From: an uncultured Thermoplasmata archaeon
GTDB lineage: Archaea > Thermoplasmatota > Thermoplasmata > GCA-020350865
Assembly (NCBI GenBank): GCA_965372465.1
Contig: CBDVCK010000001.1
Coordinates: forward strand, 1 to 43,605
Direction: 5' to 3'
Length of the DNA stretch: 43,605 nucleotides
Shown here piece by piece: positions 8,248 through 16,900 of this stretch. Below the pieces are notes generated by a model that saw only the letters and a program-made list of their open reading frames with translations, did not search any database and was not told the origin of the DNA. A program made the position numbers and the translations under genes. The stretch's first letter is position 1. Every line of letters starts with the position of its first letter.

Positions 8248-10088
8248 CTACCCCCCTCCTTGGCCAATTTTGCTAGTTCTTTTCTTGCGGAATCATCCTC
8301 TCCAAATGGATTGTGGAATTCCTTTATGTTATCCGCAATCTTCTTGTGGCTTTCATGTTCGAAACCCTGCTCAACCAGGTATGCTCTTATGCTTTCCACG
8401 ATATCAGGGACCTTTATCTGGGAGGGACAGGTGATTGTGCAGTTCATACAGGTGGTGCACTGGTAGAGTTTTTCGGCAAGTTCCTTTGAAGGCTCAAGCT
8501 TGCCTGTCATGAGATTGTAGGCCAAGATGACCTTGCCTCTTGCATTTGTGGATTCCAGGGAAGTTTGACCAAATACAGGGCAGCCAACCCTGCAGAAACC
8601 GCATTTCACGCAGATGAGGATTTCATTGTCTACGAAATCTCCAAAGCTTTTCAGTTTCCCGGTCTTTTCCAGAAGGTCCTGGTAAGCAAAGAAATCGAAG
8701 ATATCAGTATCTTCCCCGTCAAGTGATAATTTCCCTGGATTAAGTATATCATTGGGATCAAGGGCTTTTTTAATTTTTCTCATGACCTCAAGACCCGGCC
8801 CGTGCTCCTTTTCCAGAAACGGTGCCCTTGCCCTTCCTACACCGTGCTCGGCAGTAACTGTTCCACTGTATCTCATGGGTATGGCTATGAGCTCGTCGGC
8901 AACCTTCTTTACCTTGCCCCATCCATCCTTGTCCCTTACATCCAGGATGAATGTGGTATGGAGATTGCCGTCACCGATATGGCCGAACGATGCAATGGTT
9001 ATGTCATTATCCTTTGAGATTTTCTCTGCCTCCAAAATCGCTGCCGGAATCTTGGAAATCGGTATCCCGAAGTCCTCTGCTATGGGGATAAGTCTATATC
9101 CTTCCCGATAGCGAGAGAGAGCCGAAACAAGACCTGATCTCACCTTCCAAATTTCTGCTCTTTCATTTGGCTCATCTGACCATCGAAGGTCCTTTCCATT
9201 ATGACTCTTGCAGATCTCCAATATCTTGTTGATATGGCGCTCCACTCCCTCCTTGTTTCCATCCACCTCCATCATCAGCATGCCTTTGATGCCTTTTAAA
9301 TCAAGATTCATGGATTCTGAAACGACGTCGATGCTGATATTATCCAGAATTTCACAGGCCGAGAGAGGAATGCCTGTTGAGAATATCTCCCCGATTGCAT
9401 TTCCTGCATCTTCTATACTTCCAAAGGAAGCAACTGTGAAGGCAATATACTCGGGTACTGGAACTATCCTGAAGGTGATTTCGGTGATTATACCAAGGGT
9501 GCCTTCGGCACTTACAAAAAGGTGGGTCAGATCGTAACCCGAAGAGGTTTTCGGGGCTTTGGTCCCGGTTCTTATTATTTTTCCGTCTGCCAAAACAACC
9601 TCCAAGCCGAGAACATAATCCTTCGTGGTTCCGTATTTTATTGCTCTAACACCACTGGCATTTGTTGATACCATTCCACCCACTGTGCATATAGAAGAGC
9701 TGCCTGGATCAGGCGGAAAGAAGTAATCAGGTGCAAGGGCTTTGTTCAGGTTCTGGCAAATCACACCTGGCTCCACAACTATGTATCTATCCTCGGGTTT
9801 GAACTCCTTTATTTGATTCATCTTCCCCATATCCATCACGATACCGCCTTTTACAGGCAGAACAGCCCCTGTTACACTTGTTCCGGAGCCCCTTGCAGTG
9901 ACAGGAATTTTTTCTTCGTTTGCCAAGGCCAGTATTTTTGACACTTCCTGTGTTGAACTGGGAAAAACAATCACATCGGGTTTTCCCTCGTGAACCGACA
10001 TATCCCTTGAATAGCAAATCAACTCAATATCGTCCGAGACAACGTTCTGGGTGCCTACTATCTCCTCAAGATGCTTTATGTAATCCAA
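8244..10088 (-). CDS. FAD-linked oxidase (GlcD / D-lactate dehydrogenase-like) fused to a C-terminal 2x[4Fe-4S] ferredoxin domain
   Basis: The N-terminal part is an FAD_binding_4-like region (VVFPSSTQEVSKILALANEEKIPVTARGSGTS). The C-terminus has CVKCGFCRVGCP and CTTCMNCTITCP. The start is TTG at 10088 with GGGGAGGT 8 nt upstream. Confidence 0.85.
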   Translation of the reverse strand: MDYIKHLEEIVGTQNVVSDDIELICYSRDMSVHEGKPDVIVFPSSTQEVSKILALANEEKIPVTARGSGTSVTGAVLPVKGGIVMDMGKMNQIKEFKPEDRYIVVEPGVICQNLNKALAPDYFFPPDPGSSSICTVGGMVSTNASGVRAIKYGTTKDYVLGLEVVLADGKIIRTGTKAPKTSSGYDLTHLFVSAEGTLGIITEITFRIVPVPEYIAFTVASFGSIEDAGNAIGEIFSTGIPLSACEILDNISIDVVSESMNLDLKGIKGMLMMEVDGNKEGVERHINKILEICKSHNGKDLRWSDEPNERAEIWKVRSGLVSALSRYREGYRLIPIAEDFGIPISKIPAAILEAEKISKDNDITIASFGHIGDGNLHTTFILDVRDKDGWGKVKKVADELIAIPMRYSGTVTAEHGVGRARAPFLEKEHGPGLEVMRKIKKALDPNDILNPGKLSLDGEDTDIFDFFAYQDLLEKTGKLKSFGDFVDNEILICVKCGFCRVGCPVFGQTSLESTNARGKVILAYNLMTGKLEPSKELAEKLYQCTTCMNCTITCPSQIKVPDIVESIRAYLVEQGFEHESHKKIADNIKEFHNPFGEDDSARKELAKLAKEGGR

Positions 10089-10221
10089 GAGAATACCTCC
10101 CCGATCTACGCTAAAAGCATAAGATTTTATCAGTATTTATTGTTTCGGGGAGGGGAAGATTTGCAGATAACAATAAGATAAAATTTATAACCTACTTCCT
10201 CTATCCTTTGGCGGTGATCAT

Positions 10222-10806
10222 ATGGAAAATCAATCTTCTTCCGAAAATGTGCCAAAAAGTGTAGATACACCAGAGCAAACTCCGCCTTCTGATTATACAC
10301 CACCTGCGGATTATAATCCACCACCTTCGGACTATCAAATCGGAATTAAACAACAACCTGCAAATATGCCTCCTTCGGGCGGTTATCCACCAGCCGGACC
10401 TGGCTATCCCCAGGCAGGATTTAGTCCTGAAAGATTCTTTACTTCGGATAGACTCCCCAAACTTATTATATATGGAATAATTCTAATGTATCTAGGGGCT
10501 ATCATTATCGTTGCAGTTACTACTCCTGGACCGCCAAATTCCTTTGCCGAGAAATACGACGGTGACAATGACGGTAATATGGATTCAGATGAACGCAACG
10601 ATTATAACCAGGACAGGGAAACCTATGATACCGTACGGGACATAGGGGTAATAGTGGGCAAAATTATCTTCAATATTGGCATGTTGATCATTCTTCTTGT
10701 CCTATTGGCAGGCGGTTTTATAAATAGACATCTTGATAAACACATACGCCTTGCAATGATACTTTCCGCAGGACTTATAATCGCTTGGTCAGGTTTAATG
10801 ACCTGA
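10222..10806 (+). CDS. Hypothetical membrane protein with a Pro/Tyr-rich N-terminus and an EF-hand-like loop
   Basis: ATG with GGTGA 4 nt upstream. The N-terminus has three PP(S/A)DY-type repeats. There are about three hydrophobic helices. The loop DGDNDGNMDSDE (10558-10593) fits DxDxDGxIxxxE. Confidence 0.7.
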   Translation: MENQSSSENVPKSVDTPEQTPPSDYTPPADYNPPPSDYQIGIKQQPANMPPSGGYPPAGPGYPQAGFSPERFFTSDRLPKLIIYGIILMYLGAIIIVAVTTPGPPNSFAEKYDGDNDGNMDSDERNDYNQDRETYDTVRDIGVIVGKIIFNIGMLIILLVLLAGGFINRHLDKHIRLAMILSAGLIIAWSGLMT

Positions 10807-10827
10807 TGGCAACTGAAGTTTAAAAAA

Positions 10828-11679
10828 CTAGTCTTTCAAAGCCTTTGCCGCCTCTTTGGCAACAGAAACAACACTTGTTTCATTCTCTATTGTGTCAGTG
10901 GAGATCACATTATCACATACCTTCTGAAGCTTTGGGAGCGCGTTTTTTGCGAAAAGACCATGCGTACAGGCAGCATACACCTCAGATGCTCCTTGGGATT
11001 TTAACTGCTCTGTTGCCTTTACGATTGTGCCCCCTGTGGCTATGATATCGTCCACTATGACCACCTTTTTACCCGAAACCGAGAGGTTTTTTGTTTTCAT
11101 CTCCACTGTTTCGCCGTCAATGCGTGTTTTTTCAAGGTAGTCCCAGTTGCAGCCAACCACATCCGCAACCAACTTGGCCAGATCAGTTGCACCTTTATCA
11201 GGGGCAATGATGATATCAGGTGATAGATATTTAAGATACGCACCGATTTGGGGCATGCCAGAGATGTTTTTTGCTGGTATATCGAACCAGTTTATGATGC
11301 TTTCTTCGTGTATGTCCACAGTGATTATTGAATCTGAGGAAAGCTGCAGGTGTTTTGCTATTGTCCTTGCACTGATGGGTTCACCGGGATTGAATTTCTT
11401 GTCCTGCCTTGCGTAACCAAAGTAGGGAATAATCGTAACAAGCTTCTTTACATCAAACTCCCTAATTGCGTCCTGGAGCAGAAAGAGTTCGATTATCTTT
11501 TCATCAGGATAGGCGGTTTGAACCAGAATTACATCCTCGCCATCCAGGTTATCATGGATTCGCACATAGCCTTCGTCATCCGGAAAGCGTCTTGATTCTA
11601 CCTTGGCAAGGCTTACTCCCAGCTCCACAGAAAGTGTTTTTGACAAGGAATTTGAAGCAGAACCTGAAACAACTATCAT
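10828..11679 (-). CDS. prs: Ribose-phosphate pyrophosphokinase (PRPP synthetase)
   Basis: Contains the PRPP-binding loop VVIVDDIIATGGTIVKA, YFGYARQDKK, and an archaeal-size length of 283 aa. GGTGA lies upstream of the ATG. Confidence 0.92.
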   Translation of the reverse strand: MIVVSGSASNSLSKTLSVELGVSLAKVESRRFPDDEGYVRIHDNLDGEDVILVQTAYPDEKIIELFLLQDAIREFDVKKLVTIIPYFGYARQDKKFNPGEPISARTIAKHLQLSSDSIITVDIHEESIINWFDIPAKNISGMPQIGAYLKYLSPDIIIAPDKGATDLAKLVADVVGCNWDYLEKTRIDGETVEMKTKNLSVSGKKVVIVDDIIATGGTIVKATEQLKSQGASEVYAACTHGLFAKNALPKLQKVCDNVISTDTIENETSVVSVAKEAAKALKD

Positions 11680-11798
11680 TCCATCACCCGAAGGGGGAAT
11701 AGCGATTTGTCAGTTTTATACTTTCGATTAAGTTAGAAAAACAAAAAAAAATATAGAAGAATGATAAAAAACCCAAGGGAATTCTTATTCATTCTTTT

Positions 11799-12044
11799 TT
11801 AAAATCTTCGTGGGGGTCTGCGCTTTCTATAGCAATCCTGGCAATAAACAGGTCTGGTGCCATCCGGTTTAAACGGTACCTGGGCTTCTTGTCCACAATC
11901 TGCGCATGTTACGGTATGCATTTCTCTTGGAGGTCGGTTGTATCCACCACCGCCTCCTCCTCTTCTTTCTCTATACATTTTTATACTATCCATTTTTTCA
12001 TCGAGTTCTCTTCCGAAAACCCGGTATGTTACAGAATTATGCAT
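11799..12044 (-). CDS. Small CxxC-x17-CxxC zinc-ribbon protein with a Gly run and a basic tail
   Basis: Contains CADC-x17-CQDC, RRGGGGGGYNRPPR and a C-terminal KRRPPRRF. A TATA-like tattaaata (rc of about 12050-12058) sits only about 6-14 nt upstream of ATG 12044, so the real start may be the internal ATG at 11993 (MDSIKMY, 64 aa). Confidence 0.65.
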   Translation of the reverse strand: MHNSVTYRVFGRELDEKMDSIKMYRERRGGGGGGYNRPPREMHTVTCADCGQEAQVPFKPDGTRPVYCQDCYRKRRPPRRF

Positions 12045-12169
12045 GTACTATTTAATACTATTGACAATGGATATTGGCTTACATTGGTGGGTGCCGGTTT
12101 TCTATTAGAAATCCAAACCACTACCTTAATAAACCAAAAGGCTATTTACAGCAGCATTCGGTGAAAAAA

Positions 12170-13780
12170 ATGGAGATGGGGATCGTTTATACCATCATAG
12201 TAATTCTTGCCTACATATTGATTTTAGTCGCACTTAAATTAAAAGGAGTTTTCAAGAAGGAGACGTTCTCTTTGTGGGGCCCTTTTCTAATGTGGCGGAC
12301 AGAGAAGGGTAAGAAACTCATTGAGAGGTTGGCCCAAAAAAAAAGGCTCTGGCAGGTATATGGCAGCATCTCCATTGGAATCTGTGTTTTTACAATGATA
12401 TTGATGATGTTCTTTTTAATCTGGGCTGCAACCCTTGTTCCTTCCATACCAAAGGATCGAGCACCCTCGCCTGAACTCATGATAGGTATTCCTGGTGTAA
12501 ACCCGATCATCCCCGTCTGGTACGGCATCATTGCACTGGCAGTGGCCATTGTGGTTCACGAGTTTGCACATGGTATATTGACACGTGTTGCGAATTTAAC
12601 TGTCAAATCTCTTGGTATAATCGCATGTATCATTCCAATTGGAGCCTTTGTTGAGCCGGATGAAGAGGAATTGAAGACAACAACCAAGAAGAAGAGAATG
12701 AGATTGTTTGCAGTGGGGCCTGCGACAAACATCCTCTTTGCCATCCTTTGCGCAGTGCTGTTCTCATGGGTGTTCATGGCTTCCGTGTCACCTGTTTCCG
12801 ACGGTGTTCTCCTGGGGGGTGCATTAAGGGACAGCCCGGGATACGATTCAGGTATGAACAGGATGTGGATGGAAATTACTGAGATAAACGGCACCCAGAT
12901 AACAACAAATGATGATTTCCAGAATGTGTCTGCACCGGAGCCTCTTCAAAATATAACTGTCACGTACCTCTACAGAGGGAAATTCAACACTGTTGATGTG
13001 ATCTCGGGTGTGGTTGTTATCCATGTCTCTGAGGACTATCCCGCTGATTTAGCAGGTATAAAAGAGGGTATGATATTTTCTGAGGTAAACGGAACCCAAA
13101 TAAGAAACGACAAGGATTTCAGAGATGCCATGAAACTGACGTGGGCGGATCAATACATCAACATGTCCCTGTATGAATACAATGAAACTATTTCATCATA
13201 TATCTTGTTTCACACCAACGCAACCTTGGAAGACAAGTACGAGTATTACGATAAATACTATCCCTCATATATGAACGATGAAGAATTCAAAAACAAGGGT
13301 TTTTTAGGTGTATCACACAGCTACCTCGGTCTTGAGGTTGGAGGTAATCCCAAAGTATTATCTGACAGACTATCCCGTCCTTTTTCAGATGTGGATTCCA
13401 TGGATGAAGGTATGTTCAACCTTGCAACCTATATCCTGTTACCTTTTCAAAGGATATCACCGTTCCCGGAAGCTATGACGGAACTTTATGAAGTTAACGG
13501 ACCGCTTTCGGTTCTGCCCCCTGAAATATTTTGGCCCCTTGCCAACATCTTCTATTGGCTCTTCTGGTTGAACATCATGGTTGGAATGACCAACGCTCTT
13601 CCTGCGGTTCCCTTGGATGGAGGACATATATTCAGGGATGGCCTAGATGGGATAATCACCAAAGTCAGAAAACGGCTTTCCGATAAGGACAGGGAGAGGT
13701 ATGTGAACACCATATCCTTTTTGTTAGCCTTAACAGTTCTTTTCTTGTTTATTTGGCAGCTCCTTGGCCCCAGGATTTGA
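12170..13780 (+). CDS. M50 family site-2 protease with PDZ-like insertions
   Basis: Contains HEFAHG (HExxH) in a TM helix, the NALPAVPLDGGH (LDG) motif near the C-terminus, and two PDZ-like segments (ITEINGTQITTNDDF and FSEVNGTQIRNDKDF). The track ORF starts at 12074. I place the start at ATG 12170 (MEMGIVYTIIVILAYIL). Confidence 0.88.
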   Translation: MEMGIVYTIIVILAYILILVALKLKGVFKKETFSLWGPFLMWRTEKGKKLIERLAQKKRLWQVYGSISIGICVFTMILMMFFLIWAATLVPSIPKDRAPSPELMIGIPGVNPIIPVWYGIIALAVAIVVHEFAHGILTRVANLTVKSLGIIACIIPIGAFVEPDEEELKTTTKKKRMRLFAVGPATNILFAILCAVLFSWVFMASVSPVSDGVLLGGALRDSPGYDSGMNRMWMEITEINGTQITTNDDFQNVSAPEPLQNITVTYLYRGKFNTVDVISGVVVIHVSEDYPADLAGIKEGMIFSEVNGTQIRNDKDFRDAMKLTWADQYINMSLYEYNETISSYILFHTNATLEDKYEYYDKYYPSYMNDEEFKNKGFLGVSHSYLGLEVGGNPKVLSDRLSRPFSDVDSMDEGMFNLATYILLPFQRISPFPEAMTELYEVNGPLSVLPPEIFWPLANIFYWLFWLNIMVGMTNALPAVPLDGGHIFRDGLDGIITKVRKRLSDKDRERYVNTISFLLALTVLFLFIWQLLGPRI

Positions 13781-13865
13781 TGAGATTCTTTTCATAATGG
13801 CATTAAAACATGCCCGCAGCCAGTAAAAAGCTATAAATACCCAATATATATATGAAAGATTATTA

Positions 13866-13873
13866 TTTAAATA
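13866..13873 (+). promoter_or_regulatory. TATA box candidate for the subtilase gene
   Basis: tttaaata lies about 47 nt upstream of ATG 13917. GGGGG at 13903-13907 lies 9 nt before that ATG and could serve as the ribosome-binding site. Confidence 0.45.
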
Positions 13874-13916
13874 GGTATTATCATTCCTTTGATTGTGGCA
13901 CTGGGGGATATATGAC

Positions 13917-16900
13917 ATGGTAAAAAGAGCATTTAAAGCTCTGATAAGTTTGACGATACTGGGTATCTTACTGTTCTCCTCATATGAGATGGTAGCGTTG
14001 AGTTTTTTAGATATTGATTTTGACGAACCACAAGAATCGGAGGTAGAGAAGGAATCTCAGGCCCCCTTGGATCCTTCTCCCATCACCTACAAAATCCGGG
14101 ATGATAAAGATTCGAATCCCCAGCAATCAAATGTTTTTCCATTGGGTGAATTTTACCCTGAAACAGAAGAGGGTGATTTATCTTACCTGAAGATCGAGCC
14201 CGAACTGCTTTATGGATTAAAGAGTGCAGATACGATGGAGGTTGTGATTACAGCAACTGACATGGCAGAAGTGCGGGAACTTCTAGGCTTCGAAAATCAG
14301 AACAATGAACTTCCAAAGAAGAAATACGAAGGACGACTCGATACAGCTGTACTTGAAGTGGAAAGCTATATGATTCCGAAGATCGCTTCCTTGAAGAGTG
14401 TGGTGAGTATACAGATATATACCCTTCCCAAACCTCCGCAATTCCCTGAGGAAACGGGTTTCGATTCAGGCTCCGAGCCAATGATGTGGAATGCTGTAAA
14501 ATATCATGGAGCAGATGAGGCCTGGACCCAGGGTTACAATGGCTCCGGTGTAAAAGTTGCTGTATTGGACACAGGTGTTGATTTCGGGCATCCTGATCTC
14601 AATGGGACCCAGGCCAGGGATGAGAATCCATCATCTCCGTATTTGGGCTGGCCTTTGGCTTTTGATTCAAGATCCATGAACAGCTTTCTTTCCTCAGGTG
14701 GTCAGGGTTTTACAGGATCAGGGGGGGAGGACAACTGGTTTTCAGATACAAGTTCCACTGATACCGATGGCGATGCAAATGATATTCTTGATTCCACAGG
14801 ATACAACGTAAGCGGAATCGTAAGCCAGAGCGGGGTATACCATTACGGTCTGCATCCAGATACGAGATTAAGGATTATTCATGGAAACTATGTTGCGGTC
14901 CTTGTCGTGGACGAAAATTCTCCTGGAGTATATGATACAGTCTATGTGGATTTGGACGACGACGATAATTTTACTGATGAAAAACCGTGCAGAAAAGGCG
15001 ACGAGGTATCATCCCATGATACAGGAGCTGACGGTATTCCGGATAGGTCTGGGGGGATGATATATTTTATTGCCGACGGTGTAAACCCTGTTCCATATTC
15101 TGATGTCATTGCAGCAGAAAATGGTTATTCATTACCTATACCAACTTCTGGTGACCTTGTAGCATTCATGATTAACGACCCAACAGAAGCAGCTGGAAAC
15201 CACGGAACACTGTGCGCCTCTGCAATTGCAGGGCAGGGTATCATCGGAGGAGGCAGGGTAAAAGGAACGGCTCCTAAAGCCGAAATCATAGCAGTAGGAA
15301 ATATTTACCAGGGAGGAAACAGCTTCGATAACTATTATTTCGCGGTAGAGGGTTATGACGGCATCCCAGGCACAGGAGACGAAGCACAGATATTAAGCTG
15401 CAGTTTCGGTGATTCAGAGGTAGTGCGGGGTGGATGGGACTTTACCTCAAGGTTCGTTGATAACCTGACAACCTACTATGCTCCCAATGTTACCTTCTCT
15501 GTGGCCAGTGGAAATGGCGGTTATGGTTACGGAACCGTGGCCTCACCAGGTTCCTCCATGGGTGTGATAACCGTTGGCGCTGCACTAAATAAACGCGAAA
15601 CCGAGGTCATGTACTGGTCGAACCGAGGACCAAACGCCGTGGGTCAGTTGGATCCTGATATTGTTTCTGTGGGAGTTGATGCATACGGTGACACGCCTCT
15701 TAATCAGGGGAATAATGGTAACAATGCATACAGGACATGGAGCGGGACAAGCCTGGCAACACCAGTTACCGCAGGTATTATCGCTCTTATCTATGATGCA
15801 TATTTTCAATCACATGGTGAGTATCCAACATCAGAGCTTGCCAGAGAGATAATAATGTCCACAGCCGACAATCTGAACTATGATCCCCTTGTTCAAGGTG
15901 CAGGTTTTTCAAATGCCACAAGAGCTACAAAGGTTGCCAACAACATCTCAGGGTTGCTACTATCCCCATCCTTCTGGACCGCAGGAGGTTATAGGGGAGT
16001 GGATTACGATGCCTTTGCGCACATCATGTTCCCGGGTGAGAGTGACAACATAACATTCTCGGTTTCAAATGCGGATCAGAACAATGCAGTGGATGTGTAT
16101 ATCTCTGATTATATACTTTCGAGAACCAATACGCACACAGTGGCAATAGAGGCAAATAAATCCAATGAGGATGGTTCCAGTAATCGCCCTGATTTTCTGA
16201 TTCCCTTATATGATTCAAAGAACAACATCTCCCATATTCCAAACGATACAGCACTTCTTAAAGTGAGTGGTTTCATGCCCTATGATGAGTTTGATCCCGA
16301 TATGAACTATTTCAAAAATAACGACTTTTCCATCACGATTTACAATTGGAAGGATAATAACGGCAATGGAAGTTACTGGAACGATACCAATGGTGATGGT
16401 ATATCCCAGACCGGGGAGATCGAATGGTCCGAGTTATCAGGGGGGGTAATTTGCTCATCCTCGATTTCAGCAACCACGGAAGAGGCCAGGATGCATGACC
16501 CACTGGATAGGGTTGATGATGGAATTATAGTTGGTGTGTTTCATGCCCCGCAAAGCGGAGCTCCGGAGATATCCCATATTTATATTCAATCCCAATGCTA
16601 CAACAGAACAGACTGGGATTGGCTTTCTGCGAACTCATCATATCTAGATGTTGATGCTGATGGAACATCAACATTCAATGCTTCCCTGACTGTTCCCCCA
16701 AACACTCCAATAGGCCTTTACGAAGGCATAATAGCAATCAACGATACTAGGAACGAAACCGCCTTGCCAGTGATTGTGAACGTTGCAGGAGACTCCCCCC
16801 AGTTCAATTTCGGGGGAAACACCATGTCAACCCAATTGTATGCCAACGATCAGGTATTTGGCGCCTTTCGATGGGGTTGGAGATATGAAGGTGGAGATTG

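Noticed and set aside
10222-10440. Possible WW-domain PPxY motifs in the Pro-rich N-terminus
   Set aside because: The repeats read PPSDY, PPADY and PPPSDY, which is PPxxY. They do not fit the strict PPxY consensus.
13775-13800. A C-box-like tgatga at the end of the M50 gene. I considered a C/D box sRNA.
   Set aside because: No matching D box (ctga) or C'/D' arrangement lies at an appropriate distance. The tgatga simply includes the stop codon.
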